64,000 bases of DNA from Myxococcota bacterium (GCA_965223415.1 OZ245002.1:4512001-4576000), one strand, 5' to 3'; shown: positions 43,276 to 53,633, counted from the first letter of the stretch. A program made the numbers and translations. The notes: generated from the sequence alone by a model not told the origin.

Positions 43276-44421
43276 ATGGAGTTCGAGTGGAGCCCGGAAG
43301 ACGTCGCCTATCGCGACGAGCTGCGCGCCTTCATCGACGCCGAGCTGCCCGAGGACTGGGAGGAGATCTCGAAGGGCGGCCCCGGCAGCGACGAGCAGGC
43401 CGCCTTCTCCCGCCGCTTCTGCGCGAAGCTCGCCCGGAAGGGCTGGCTCACCCAGCACTGGCCCGTCGAGTTCGGTGGCCGGGGCGCGAGCCCCTGGCGC
43501 CACGCCATCGTCGGCGAGGAGATGTGGAGCCGCGGCGAGCCCCGGGGCCAGCAGTACATGGCCGTCAACTGGGTCGGGCCGACGATCCTCCGCTACGGCA
43601 GCGATGCCCAGAAGGAGCACCACCTGCCGCGCATCAGCCGCGGCGACGGCATGTGGTGTCAGGGCTTCTCGGAGCCCGAGGCCGGCTCGGACCTGGCAGC
43701 CCTGCGCACCCAGGCGATCCGCGACGGCGACGACTACGTGGTGAACGGCTCCAAGATCTGGACCTCCTACGTGGCCCACGCCGAAACGTGCTTCCTCGTC
43801 GTCCGCACCGATCCCGCCTCGAGCGGGCGGCGCGGCATCTCGGTGCTGCTGTGCCCCGTCGATCTCCCCGGCATCGAGCTGCGCGAGATCCCCGCGGTGA
43901 TCGGCGACCGCTACTTCCACGAGGTGTTCTTCCGGAACGTGCGCGTGCCCGTGGCCGATCGCCTCGGTCCCGAGCACGCGGGGTGGGAGGTCGTGACCTA
44001 CGCCCTCTCCTACGAGCGCGTCGGCGCAGCGCGCTATGCCCGGGCGGCCCTCGCCCTCGACCAGCTGGCCGAGGAGGCGAAGCGGCGCGGCCGGCTCCGC
44101 GACCCGGCGCTCCAGGAGCGTTTCGGGCGCGCCCTCGCCGCGGTGGAGGCGGCGAAGCTCCTCACCTACAAGGTGATCGACGTGCGCGCCCACGGCCGGC
44201 CGCCCACCGCCGACACCAACCTCGCGCGGGTCGCCCAGACCGACGCGGAGCGCGCCGTCGCGAACCTGGCGATGGAGGTGTACGGCAACGACGCCCTGGC
44301 CTACGGCGCCTGGGCGGAGGTGTACTTCCGCATGGTGATGTGGTCCGGCGTCGCCGTCGGCACCACCGAGGTCAACCTCAACCTGGTCGCGAGCCGCATG
44401 CTCGGGCTCCCGCGGGAGTAG
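43276..44421 (+). CDS. Acyl-CoA dehydrogenase (large subunit)
   Basis: WCQGFSEPEAGSDLAALRT, NGSKIWTS, GTTEV; GAGGAGG SD. Confidence 0.93.
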   Translation: MEFEWSPEDVAYRDELRAFIDAELPEDWEEISKGGPGSDEQAAFSRRFCAKLARKGWLTQHWPVEFGGRGASPWRHAIVGEEMWSRGEPRGQQYMAVNWVGPTILRYGSDAQKEHHLPRISRGDGMWCQGFSEPEAGSDLAALRTQAIRDGDDYVVNGSKIWTSYVAHAETCFLVVRTDPASSGRRGISVLLCPVDLPGIELREIPAVIGDRYFHEVFFRNVRVPVADRLGPEHAGWEVVTYALSYERVGAARYARAALALDQLAEEAKRRGRLRDPALQERFGRALAAVEAAKLLTYKVIDVRAHGRPPTADTNLARVAQTDAERAVANLAMEVYGNDALAYGAWAEVYFRMVMWSGVAVGTTEVNLNLVASRMLGLPRE

Positions 44422-44427
44422 TCGACC

Positions 44428-45354
44428 TTGGACTTCGAGCTCAGCGACGACCAGCGCGAGATCCAGAGCGCCGTCGAGCGACTGCTCGCGCAGGGGGCCG
44501 GTCCGGCCCGCGCGATCGCCCTCGACCGGGAGGACGGCTACGACCACGCCCTCGAGCAGGCCCTCGACGAGGCCGGCTTCCTGGACGTGGCGTCGGGGGA
44601 GGGCACGGGCTTCCTCGAGGCCGCGCTCGTCGTCGAGGCCGTGGCGCGAGCGGGCGGCGTGGCGTCGATCGGCGCCGCGGCGATCGTGGCGCCGGGTGTG
44701 CTCGGCGCCCGGGCCGAGGGCCCGGTGGCCCTGGCGCGCGCCGGCGACGCCGCCGTGATCCCGATCGCCGCCCACGCCCAGACCCTGCTGGTCGACGCGG
44801 GGGAGGAGGCGCGGCAGCTCCGGCTCGCGCCCGGCGACGCGGTGCCCGTGCGCTCCAACTACATGATCCCGGTGGCCCGGCCGAAGGTCGACCTGGGTGG
44901 CGGGGACGGCCTCGGCGCGGGCTCCGGCGAGCGACTGCGCCGCTTCTGGCGGCTGGCCCTGGCCACCGAGGCCGTCGGCCTGATGGGCGGCGCCCTCGAC
45001 GTGACCGTCGAATACGTGAAGCAGCGCCGCCAGTTCAAGCGGCCGATCGGCTCGTTCCAGGCGATCCAGCACCGCCTGGCGATCTGCCGGGCGTCCATGG
45101 AGGGGGCTCGCTGGCTCGCCTACGAGGCCGCGGCAGCGGGGGCGCCGGCCGAGCGGGCAGCCCTGGCGGCGAGCCAGGCGGTCGCGGCGGCCCAGCAGGT
45201 GTTCATCGAGACCCACCAGATGACCGGCGCCATGGGCTTCACCCGCGAGCACGACCTGCACGTCTGGAGCATGCGCCTGCAGCCCCTGGTCCTCGCCTGC
45301 GGCGGGGCCGCCGCCCACCTGCGGGCGGCGGTGGAAGCCCGCTGGGGAGCGTGA
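44428..45354 (+). CDS. Acyl-CoA dehydrogenase (short partner subunit)
   Basis: MDFELSDDQ, RRQFKRPIGSFQAIQHRLA, GAMGFTREHDLH. Confidence 0.9.
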   Translation: MDFELSDDQREIQSAVERLLAQGAGPARAIALDREDGYDHALEQALDEAGFLDVASGEGTGFLEAALVVEAVARAGGVASIGAAAIVAPGVLGARAEGPVALARAGDAAVIPIAAHAQTLLVDAGEEARQLRLAPGDAVPVRSNYMIPVARPKVDLGGGDGLGAGSGERLRRFWRLALATEAVGLMGGALDVTVEYVKQRRQFKRPIGSFQAIQHRLAICRASMEGARWLAYEAAAAGAPAERAALAASQAVAAAQQVFIETHQMTGAMGFTREHDLHVWSMRLQPLVLACGGAAAHLRAAVEARWGA

Positions 45355-46481
45355 CCCGGGACCGCGCCGACGTGGCGGTGATCGGCGCCGGCATCGTCGG
45401 CCTGGCCACGGCGGCGGAGCTGGCAGCCCGCGGCCGCTCGGTCGTGGTGCTCGAACGGCATGCGCGTGCCGGTCAGGAGATCTCGTCGCGCAACAGTCAG
45501 GTGATCCATGCGGGGCTGTACGACCCGCCGGGATCGCTGAAGGCACGGAGCTGCGTGGAGGGGCGTGCGCTCCTCTACGAACGCTGCGTCCGCCAGGGTA
45601 TTGCGCACCGCAAGCTCGGGAAGCTGGTGGTCGCGACCCGCGAGGAGGAGTGCGCCGACCTCGAAGCGCTGCTCGAGCGCGCGCGGGAGAACGGCGCCGG
45701 GGACGTGGCCCTCCTCGAGGCCGCCGAGGTGCGGCGGCGCGAGCCGCGCGTGCGTGCGCTGGCGGCCATCGAGTCGCCAGAGTCCGGCATCGTCGACGCT
45801 CACGCCCTGGTGGCGAGCTACCACGCCGAGCTCGAGGCGCGCGGCGGCAGCATCGCTCTGCGCACGGAGGCCGTCGAGCTGACGCCGCGCGCCCACGGCT
45901 GGAGGGTCGGGACCCGGGGGGCCGACGGCCGCGTCTACGTCCTCGACGCCGGCTGCGTGGTGAACGCCGCCGGGCTCGCCGGCGATCGCGTGGCGGAGCT
46001 CGCCGGCCTCGATGTGGACGCCCTCGGCTGGCGCCTGCATCCTTGCAAGGGCGACTACTTCGCGGTGGCCCCGGGTCTCGGGGCGCTCACGCGAGGGTTG
46101 GTCTACCCGGTTCCCGCTGGCGCTGGGCTCGGTATCCACGTCACCGTGGACCTCGGCGGTCGCTACCGGCTCGGACCCGACGCCACCTACGTCGAGACGC
46201 CGGACCTGCAGGTCGACTCGGAGAAGGCGTCCGCGTTCGCCGAACTGGCCTGTCGCTTCCTCCCCGAGCTTCGCGCCGAGCATCTGCACGCGGAGATGGC
46301 CGGCATCCGCCCCAAGCTGCAGGGCCCCGGCGATCCGTTCCGCGACTTCGTCGTCGAAGAGGCGCGAGAGACGCCCGGCATGCTGCATCTGATCGGCATC
46401 GAGTCTCCCGGGCTGACGGCGGCCGGGGCCCTGGCGCGACGCGTGCTGGCGTGGTCGGCGGGGCATCGGGCGTCGTCCTGA
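45351..46481 (+). CDS. FAD-dependent oxidoreductase, L-2-hydroxyglutarate oxidase (LhgO)-like
   Basis: VIGAGIVG, SSRNSQVIHAGLY, KGDYF, LVYPVP, GLGIH, GIRPKL, GIESPGLT. Confidence 0.88.
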   Translation: MTRDRADVAVIGAGIVGLATAAELAARGRSVVVLERHARAGQEISSRNSQVIHAGLYDPPGSLKARSCVEGRALLYERCVRQGIAHRKLGKLVVATREEECADLEALLERARENGAGDVALLEAAEVRRREPRVRALAAIESPESGIVDAHALVASYHAELEARGGSIALRTEAVELTPRAHGWRVGTRGADGRVYVLDAGCVVNAAGLAGDRVAELAGLDVDALGWRLHPCKGDYFAVAPGLGALTRGLVYPVPAGAGLGIHVTVDLGGRYRLGPDATYVETPDLQVDSEKASAFAELACRFLPELRAEHLHAEMAGIRPKLQGPGDPFRDFVVEEARETPGMLHLIGIESPGLTAAGALARRVLAWSAGHRASS

Positions 46482-46610
46482 GGCGACCGGGCCCCATCCG
46501 CTGACTGTGATAGGCGCCCACAATAGGGTGATAGGTACCGGGCGCTGGCGGTTTCGCCGATCGCGAGGCCACGGATCGAGGATGGGAGGCCCGCGGTACG
46601 CGCCTAGGGT

Positions 46611-47816
46611 GTGCGCATGTCAGCTCGCCCGCGCATCGCGGTCCTGCTCAACACCCTCCGGGTCGGGGGTGTCGAGTGTTCGTGGCTGCGGCTCGCTCGG
46701 CTCCTGGCGCACGACGGCTACGAGGTCGATCTCGTGCTCGGCCGCGCCGAAGGTCCGCTGCGGGACGCCCTCCCGGCCGGGCCTCGAGGCGTGTTCCTCG
46801 CCCCGGGATTCCGGCTCGCCGGGCGCTGGCACGCCTGGCGCGCGCATCCCGGCGGCGCCGCGTCCCTCGCGCGCACGGTCGTCCTGTGTCGCCGGCCGTC
46901 CCGCGCACTTCGCTGGCTCGGCGCGCTCTCGCTCTACCTGGCCCAAGAGCGTCCGGCGGTCCTGATCGCGGCCAAGTCCTACCCGAACCTGGTGGCGCTC
47001 TGGGCTCGGGAGCGCGCCGGCGTCGCGACCCGCGTGGTGTGCACCGAGCATACGCTCCTCTCCCACAGCCTCGGGCGCTCCCGCAAGCCGAAACGTCGCG
47101 GCCTCCCGAGGCTCATTCGCGAGGGCTACCCCCACGCCGACGCGGTCGTGACGCCTTCGGCCGCGATCGCTGCCGACCTGGTGCGCGCGACCGGCCTGTC
47201 GCATCCGGCGATGCGCACGGTGCCGAATCCCCTGGTCGACGCGGCCATGGCCCAGCGGGCCGGCGCCTCGCCGGGTCACCCCTGGTACGCCGACGGCGAG
47301 CCGCCCGTGCTCCTCTCCGTGGGACGACTCTCCCCGGAGAAGGATCTCGCGACCACGGTCCGGGCGTTCGCGATGCTCCGCCGCAAGCGGCCCCTGCGGC
47401 TGCTCCTGCTCGGCGAGGGCAAGGATCGGGACCGGCTCGCCCGCCTGGCCGCGAGCCTCGGCGTGGCAGCGGACGTTGGCTTCCATCCATTCGTGGCGAA
47501 TCCGCTTCCCCACATGGCCCGCGCGGCCCTGCTGGTCTCGAGCTCCCGCTACGAGGGCTTCGGCAACGTGCTCGTCGAGGCGATGGCCTGCGGGACGCCG
47601 GTCGTGGCGACGGACTGTGGCGGGCCCGGAGAGATCCTGGCCGGCGGCCGCTACGGGCGGCTCGTCCCGGTCGGCCATGCCTTCGCTCTGGCCGAGGCGA
47701 TCGACGACACGCTGGCCGCGCCCCCGGAGCCGGAGGGCCTGCGCGCTCGCGCGACCCTCTGGTCCGAGGCGCGGGCGCTGGCGTCCTGGCGCGACCTCCT
47801 GGAGCCCTGGCTCTAG
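46611..47816 (+). CDS. Glycosyltransferase family 4
   Basis: GGVE, VGRLSPEKD, SSRYEGFGNVLVEAMACGTPVV. Confidence 0.92.
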   Translation: MRMSARPRIAVLLNTLRVGGVECSWLRLARLLAHDGYEVDLVLGRAEGPLRDALPAGPRGVFLAPGFRLAGRWHAWRAHPGGAASLARTVVLCRRPSRALRWLGALSLYLAQERPAVLIAAKSYPNLVALWARERAGVATRVVCTEHTLLSHSLGRSRKPKRRGLPRLIREGYPHADAVVTPSAAIAADLVRATGLSHPAMRTVPNPLVDAAMAQRAGASPGHPWYADGEPPVLLSVGRLSPEKDLATTVRAFAMLRRKRPLRLLLLGEGKDRDRLARLAASLGVAADVGFHPFVANPLPHMARAALLVSSSRYEGFGNVLVEAMACGTPVVATDCGGPGEILAGGRYGRLVPVGHAFALAEAIDDTLAAPPEPEGLRARATLWSEARALASWRDLLEPWL

Positions 47817-48940
47817 TGTCCGGGTCCGAGGGCGAGGGCGCGACTCAGCGCCTCGCGCATTTCCCGGTGGAAGCGCGGTACCGAGAAGCGCTCGGCGTGG
47901 GCGCGGATCGCCTTCGTCTCGAGCTCGTCCCGGTGCGCACCGAAGCGGCGGACCGCCTCGGTGAGCGCCGCCGGGGTCTGGGTGGCGAAGTGCACGCCGG
48001 TCGGCGCGCGCCCGGCCGGGTCGTCCACGGGTACGACGGTCTCGCTGGCGCCGCCCGCCCCGAAGGCGATCACCGGTGCGCCGGTGGCCTGGGCCTCGAC
48101 GGGGATGATCCCGAAGTCCTCCTCCTGCGGGTACACCAACGCGCGACAGCGTTGGTAGAGGCCGGAGAGCTCCTCATCGGAGACGCGACCCAGGAACTCC
48201 ACGTTGGCCGGGGCGTTGGCCTCGATCGCCACCCGGGAAGGCCCGTCCCCCGCGACCCGCAGCGGAAGCCCGAGCTCCCGGAAGGCGTCGATCGCTAGGT
48301 CCTCGCGCTTGTAGGGCACGAAGCCGCCGACCATCAGGAAGAAGTCCTCGCGCGGATCGTCCGGGGGCTGGAAGCGATCGACGTCGACGGGCGGGAAGAT
48401 CACCTCCGACCCGCGGCCGTAGTGGCGCCGGATGCGATCCCGCACGGTCTCCGAGATCGCGATGAAGCGGTGCACCCGATCCGGCGTGCTGGTGCGCACG
48501 TCCCAGCGCCGGAGGGCGCGGACCAGCGGCTGCGCCAGGGTGCGGAAGGCGCCGGCGCCGAGGTAGGCGTCGGCCTGGTCCCAGACGTAGCGCATGGGCG
48601 TGAAGCAGTAGGAGACGTGGACGGCGCCGGGAGGGGGCAGGATGCCCTTGGCCACCGCGTGGCTGCTCGAGAGCACGAGCTCCGTGCCTTCCGGGACCTG
48701 CAGGCGGCCCACGGCCCAGGGGAAGAGCGGCAGCCACTTGCGGTAGTGCCGCGCCGCGCCGGGCCATCGCGAGAGCGGGCTCGCCGTGATCCGCAGGGCC
48801 TCGATCTCCGGCGTGGTCGCGCCGGGCACGTGGACCAGCGTGAAGAGCTCCGCCTCCGGGAACAGGCGCGCATGCTCGTGCAGGACCTTCTCGCCGCCCC
48901 GCAGCCCGGTCAGCCAGTCGTGCACCAGTGCGACGCGCAT
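47813..48940 (-). CDS. Glycosyltransferase family 4
   Basis: MRVALVHDWLTGLRGGEKVL, TPMRYVWD, EEDFGIIPVEAQATGAPV. Confidence 0.94.
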   Translation of the reverse strand: MRVALVHDWLTGLRGGEKVLHEHARLFPEAELFTLVHVPGATTPEIEALRITASPLSRWPGAARHYRKWLPLFPWAVGRLQVPEGTELVLSSSHAVAKGILPPPGAVHVSYCFTPMRYVWDQADAYLGAGAFRTLAQPLVRALRRWDVRTSTPDRVHRFIAISETVRDRIRRHYGRGSEVIFPPVDVDRFQPPDDPREDFFLMVGGFVPYKREDLAIDAFRELGLPLRVAGDGPSRVAIEANAPANVEFLGRVSDEELSGLYQRCRALVYPQEEDFGIIPVEAQATGAPVIAFGAGGASETVVPVDDPAGRAPTGVHFATQTPAALTEAVRRFGAHRDELETKAIRAHAERFSVPRFHREMREALSRALALGPGH

Positions 48941-48998
48941 CGGGGCCGGAGGCTAGCGATGTTGCGTCCCCTGCGGGAAGTCGCGACCGTCCCGCCGG

Positions 48999-49823
48999 AT
49001 GATCTCCAACTGGTCGAACCTGGTCGCCCGCCGCGATCTGCTGCGGGAGCTCACCCTCGCCGAGCTGCGCAGCCAGAGCCAGGAGACCCGGCTCGGCTGG
49101 CTGTGGTGGCTGGTCGACCCGCTGATCATGATGCTGATCTACTGGGCGGTCGTGGTCGGCATCTTCGGCCGCGGTGAGCAGTACACCCCGTATCCGGTCT
49201 TCATCCTCTGCGCGATGCTGCCCTGGAAGCACTTCACCAGTGCGGTGAACGCCTCGGCGAAAGTGCTGCGGGCGCGGGATGCGCTCATCAAGTCCATCGC
49301 GTTTCCCACCATCGTCCTGCCCCTCACCATCGTGCTGGCCGGCTTCTCGAACTTCCTGTTCGGCCAGATCGTGCTCTTCGGCGCCGCCGCGGCCTTCGAT
49401 CGCCCCCTCGGCGGGGCGCTGGTCCAGCTTCCCGCGCTGATGCTGCTCCAGCTGGTGATCGTGTCGGGCCTCTGCCTCGGCGTCGCCTGCTTCGGCGCGT
49501 TGGTGCGCGATCTCTCGGGCTTCCTCGGCCATCTGACGCGCATCGGCTTCTACGTCTCGCCATGTCTGTACGGCGTGGACATGGTGCAGGAGCGCTTCCT
49601 TTCGGGCCCCCTGGGCGAGCTGCCCTTCGCCGAGTGGGTACCGACCCTCTACATGCTGAACCCCTTCGCGATCCTCTTCACCGGCTACCGGGACGCGCTC
49701 TTCTACGGGCGCATGATGGAGCCGGGCCTGTGGGGGTTGCTCACGCTGGAGGCGGGGATCCTGCTGCTGGGGGGCTGGAAGCTCTACCAGTATTTCGATC
49801 GCCGGGTGATCAAGTTCCTGTGA
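48999..49823 (+). CDS. Polysaccharide ABC transporter permease (Wzm/TagG-like)
   Basis: LGWLWWLVDPL, six TMs, LVRDL, LNPF. Confidence 0.9.
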   Translation: MISNWSNLVARRDLLRELTLAELRSQSQETRLGWLWWLVDPLIMMLIYWAVVVGIFGRGEQYTPYPVFILCAMLPWKHFTSAVNASAKVLRARDALIKSIAFPTIVLPLTIVLAGFSNFLFGQIVLFGAAAAFDRPLGGALVQLPALMLLQLVIVSGLCLGVACFGALVRDLSGFLGHLTRIGFYVSPCLYGVDMVQERFLSGPLGELPFAEWVPTLYMLNPFAILFTGYRDALFYGRMMEPGLWGLLTLEAGILLLGGWKLYQYFDRRVIKFL

Positions 49824-50584
49824 GCTCCGATCTCGTCATCGACGTCCGCGACCTGGGCATCTTCTACCGCCTCCAGCAGCGGCGCCGCGTCGGGATCAAG
49901 CGTGTGCTCTCCGGCGGCGGCTTCGGGCGCGACGCGCCGCTCCTGTGGGCGCTGCGCGGCGTGAGCTTCCAATGCCACGAAGGAGCGATCCTCGGCATCA
50001 CCGGCTCGAACGGCGCCGGCAAGAGCACGCTCTGCCTGGCCCTCTCGAAGATCCTGACGCCGGACGAGGGCTCGGTGAAGGTTCGCGGCGAGGTCTCGAC
50101 GCTCCTCTCCCTGGGCGCCGGCTTCAACCGCGACCTCTCCGGCCGCGAGAACATCTATCTCAACGCGGCCTTCCTCGGGCTGCCGCGGCGCGAGATCGAG
50201 GCCAAGATGGACGAGATCATCGAGTTCTCGGAGCTCGGCGAGTTCATCGACCAGCCGATCCGCTTCTACTCCTCGGGCATGAAGTCCCGGCTCGGCTTCT
50301 CGGTGGCCGCCGCCCTCGATCCGGAGATCCTGATCCTGGACGAGGTGCTCTCGGTGGGCGATCGCGCCTTCCAGCGCAAGAGCCGCGAGCGTCTCCAGGG
50401 CATGATGGACCGCAGCCGGGTGATCGTGCTGGTGTCGCATCAGGTGCGCTTCCTGCGCGAGCTCTGCACCCACTGCCTGTGGCTCGAGCAGGGCAGGGTG
50501 CGGGGCTTCGGCGAGGCGAAGGGCGTGCTCGACCAGTACGTCGCGGCCAGCGGCGGCGCCGAGGAAGAGGACGTCGAGGCGTGA
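49820..50584 (+). CDS. Polysaccharide ABC transporter ATPase (Wzt/TagH-like, no C-terminal CBD)
   Basis: GSNGAGKST, LSGREN, YSSGMKSRLGF, LILDEVLSVGD; GTGA overlap. Confidence 0.93.
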   Translation: MSSDLVIDVRDLGIFYRLQQRRRVGIKRVLSGGGFGRDAPLLWALRGVSFQCHEGAILGITGSNGAGKSTLCLALSKILTPDEGSVKVRGEVSTLLSLGAGFNRDLSGRENIYLNAAFLGLPRREIEAKMDEIIEFSELGEFIDQPIRFYSSGMKSRLGFSVAAALDPEILILDEVLSVGDRAFQRKSRERLQGMMDRSRVIVLVSHQVRFLRELCTHCLWLEQGRVRGFGEAKGVLDQYVAASGGAEEEDVEA

Positions 50585-51768
50585 GCCCGTCGGTGCGGGT
50601 GCCCCTGGTGCTCGCGGCCAGCGCCGTCTGGGACACGCCGGCACCGGTGAACGTCCACCAGATCGCCCGGCGCTTCGCCGCCCGCGGGCACCGGGTGCTG
50701 TTCGTCGAGTCGACGGGTCTGCGGCCGCCCTCGGCCGCGTCGTCCCAGGACCTGCGCCGGATCGCCGCACGCCTCGGCCGGGTCGCAGCCGGGGCGCGGG
50801 AGGTGGAGCCGGGGCTCTTCGTGCTCGGGCCGCTGGCGCTGCCGGGCAGCCGCTCGCCGCGGGTCCGCCGCCTCTCGGCCTGGGCCCTGGGCGGGCAGGT
50901 GGCACGGGCCGCCCGGCGTCTCGGGCTGGAGCGGCCGGTCCTGTGGTCGTTCCTGCCGACGGCCCTCCCGCTGGCCGATCGGATCGACCCGCGAGCGGTC
51001 ATCTACCACTGCGTCGACGACTACGCGGGCAACCCCGGCGTCGATCCCGCTCACGTCGCCGCTCTCGAGGGTCGGATGCTCGAGCGGGCCGACCTGGTGA
51101 TCGCGTCGAGTCCGGTGCTCGCCGAGCGCCTGCGGACCCGGCGGACCGACGTGCGCCTGGCGGCGAACGTGGCCGACACCGCACTCTTCTCCCGCGCGGT
51201 CGTCGAGGCGCTGGACGAGCCCGAGGCCCTGCGCGGCCAGCCGCGCCCGCGGGTCCTCTACGTGGGCAATCTGGCCGCCTACCGCATCGACCCGGCGCTG
51301 CTGCGCGCCGCCCTGGACGCGGTGCCCGGGGGCGTGCTGGTGCTGGTCGGGGCCAGCGGCCTGGGCGATACGGGCGGGCTGCCCGCCGCCTTCCGGGCGC
51401 TGCTCGAGGATCCACGGGTGATCGAGGCGGGTCCGCGACCTCACGAGGAGCTGCCGGCCTGGATGCGGCACTGTGACGTGGCGGTGATCCCGTTCCTCGA
51501 TACCGCCCACACCCGGGGGAGCCTGCCGCTCAAGCTGTGGGAGTACCTGGCGGCCGGCCTGCCGGTGGTGGCCCGGGCGTTGCCGAACCTCGTCGGGCGC
51601 GAGGCGGCGGGGGTCGAGACCGCCGTGGACGCGGCAGCCTTCGGGGCGGCCGTCGCCCGGGCGGCGGCGGAGCCGCCGGAGCGACGCCTGGCCCGCAGCG
51701 GGGCCGCCCGCGAGCACGGCTGGGAGGCTCGCGTCGAGCTCCTGGCCCGGTGGCTGGACGAGCTCTAG
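50581..51768 (+). CDS. Glycosyltransferase (GT4-like)
   Basis: GHRVLFVES, IYHCVDDY, PLKLWEYLAAGLPVV. Confidence 0.9.
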   Translation: MSPSVRVPLVLAASAVWDTPAPVNVHQIARRFAARGHRVLFVESTGLRPPSAASSQDLRRIAARLGRVAAGAREVEPGLFVLGPLALPGSRSPRVRRLSAWALGGQVARAARRLGLERPVLWSFLPTALPLADRIDPRAVIYHCVDDYAGNPGVDPAHVAALEGRMLERADLVIASSPVLAERLRTRRTDVRLAANVADTALFSRAVVEALDEPEALRGQPRPRVLYVGNLAAYRIDPALLRAALDAVPGGVLVLVGASGLGDTGGLPAAFRALLEDPRVIEAGPRPHEELPAWMRHCDVAVIPFLDTAHTRGSLPLKLWEYLAAGLPVVARALPNLVGREAAGVETAVDAAAFGAAVARAAAEPPERRLARSGAAREHGWEARVELLARWLDEL

Positions 51769-51833
51769 GTCCTTGATCTCGCAGGGTTTCCGGGTTCGTT
51801 ACCCTCTCGGCTCAGAGAGGGGGAGAGCCCAGC

Positions 51834-53621
51834 GTGACCGCTCCGACCGAGGCGGCCGGCCGAGCCGCAGGCGGCCCGGGCCTCGCCACGTCCGGCCGAA
51901 ACCAGGGCGCACCGCGCCTCACGGTGCTGCAGGCGAAGTTCGCGGCCTACCTCTCCTGGAGCCAGCCGTTCCTGCACGCCCTGATCAGCGGGCTCGACGA
52001 GCACGTGAACAACGTCGTGCTCTGCAATCGCACCGAGAACCTGAACCGCTTCCCGGTCCCGAACGTCGAGCGCGTCCCCACCCGCTACCTGGTGAAGCCG
52101 CGGCTCGGCGTGCTCGCCGCGAGCTACCTCCGCCGCACCTGGCGCCCGGACGTGATGCACGCCCACTTCGGCTGGTCCGGGCTGCGGCTGCTGCTGATGA
52201 AGCAGATGCTGCGCATCCCGCTCGTGGTGACCTTCGGCGGGCGTGACGTGGGCCTGCAGATGCGACTGCCGGACTTCGACCGGCTCTACGCGGCCATGCT
52301 CGCCGGCACCGACGCGATCATCTGCGTGTCGAAGGACCTGCGCAGCAAGCTGATCGAGGCGGGCGCGGACCCGGACCGCATCCACGTCGTCTACCGCGGC
52401 ACCGACCTCTCGCGCTTCACCTACGTCGATCGTTCGAACCGGCCCGCGGATGCGCCGGTGCGGGCCCTCATGGTGGGGCGCATCGTCGAGAAGAAGGGCC
52501 ACTCCTACGCCCTGCGGGCGCTCGAGCCTCTCGTTACCAGCGGGCGCAAGGTGCACCTCACCGTGGTGGGGGAGGGCGAGGCGTACCACGAGGTGCGGCG
52601 CCTGCGCCGGCGCCTCGGCCTGCACAGCCACGTGGAGCTGGTGGGATCGACGGACCACAACGGCGTGCGCCAGCACATGCGCGACGCGGACTTCCTGGTG
52701 CACTGCTCGGTCACGCCGGAGAGCGGCGACGTGGAAGGCATCCCCAACGTCGTCGTCGAGGCCCAGGCCATGGGGCTGCCGGTGATCGGCACCCTCCACG
52801 GCGGCATCGCCGAGGCCGTGCGCGACGGAGAGACCGGGCTGCTCGTACCCGAGCGGGTCGTTCCGCCGCTCACCGAGGCGATGGAGGCGCTGCTCGATCG
52901 CGAACGCCGTCTCGACATGGGCCAGCAGGCGCGGCGCTTCGTCGATGCGAACTTCAACCTCCTGAACCAGGTGAAGCAGCACGTTGCGATCTACGAGAAG
53001 GTGGTGACGACGACCCGTTCCGATCCGGAGTGGCGCGTCCATAACTGGCTGCCGGACGACTATTCGGCGCTGGTCGACTGCACGCTCCTCGCCCAGAACA
53101 TCCGCCACCCCACCGAGTTCTCGATCGCCGAGCTCCTGGAGCGCCTCGTGTGGGCACGGCGTCTCGAGGGCAGGCTCAACGCCGGCGCGGAGTTCGAGAC
53201 CGATCCGGACGGCGCCGCACGGGCGTTCCTGCCCGAGGCGTCCCAGCTCGCCGGCGGAGCCGACGGCCGCCAGGTCGGCCTGCTCTCGGCGCTCCTCTCG
53301 GTGGGCCGGGCCTTCGTGCGCCGGGCCCTCGGCCGGCAGGAGAAGGGGGCGACCGTCGAGACGACTCTCGAGCAGCTCTACAACCTGAAGGGGTACATGC
53401 CCCAGGCCGTGAAGTTCCCGATGAAGATCGGTCTCGGGCGGATCCTCGCCTGGGCGATCGAGCGTCGGCACCAGGCGGGCCACGGGCAGATCGGCACGCT
53501 GGAAGAGGTGGACCGGCGGGTCTTCGAGTTCTTCCGCGCCGGCGGGGACCTGGACGCCTACGAAGCGACCCACGAGCACACGCCCGCCGAGACCCTCGCG
53601 GCGGGCGACCCCCTGGCCTAG
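51834..53621 (+). CDS. Glycosyltransferase family 4 (WcaL-like) with long C-terminal extension
   Basis: MHAHFG, VGRIVEKKG, GDVEGIPNVVVEAQAMGLPV; about 200 extra C-terminal residues. Confidence 0.88.
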   Translation: MTAPTEAAGRAAGGPGLATSGRNQGAPRLTVLQAKFAAYLSWSQPFLHALISGLDEHVNNVVLCNRTENLNRFPVPNVERVPTRYLVKPRLGVLAASYLRRTWRPDVMHAHFGWSGLRLLLMKQMLRIPLVVTFGGRDVGLQMRLPDFDRLYAAMLAGTDAIICVSKDLRSKLIEAGADPDRIHVVYRGTDLSRFTYVDRSNRPADAPVRALMVGRIVEKKGHSYALRALEPLVTSGRKVHLTVVGEGEAYHEVRRLRRRLGLHSHVELVGSTDHNGVRQHMRDADFLVHCSVTPESGDVEGIPNVVVEAQAMGLPVIGTLHGGIAEAVRDGETGLLVPERVVPPLTEAMEALLDRERRLDMGQQARRFVDANFNLLNQVKQHVAIYEKVVTTTRSDPEWRVHNWLPDDYSALVDCTLLAQNIRHPTEFSIAELLERLVWARRLEGRLNAGAEFETDPDGAARAFLPEASQLAGGADGRQVGLLSALLSVGRAFVRRALGRQEKGATVETTLEQLYNLKGYMPQAVKFPMKIGLGRILAWAIERRHQAGHGQIGTLEEVDRRVFEFFRAGGDLDAYEATHEHTPAETLAAGDPLA

Positions 53622-53633
53622 GAGCCCCGGGCC

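Noticed and set aside
42639..46481. 1280-aa ORF as a single fusion protein
   Set aside because: Only 45351-46481 has LhgO-like motifs; the upstream part is off-frame over the ACAD genes.
46500..46545. GTGATAGG direct repeat upstream of a GT4 gene
   Set aside because: Only 8 bp x2; could be a regulator site but too weak to call.
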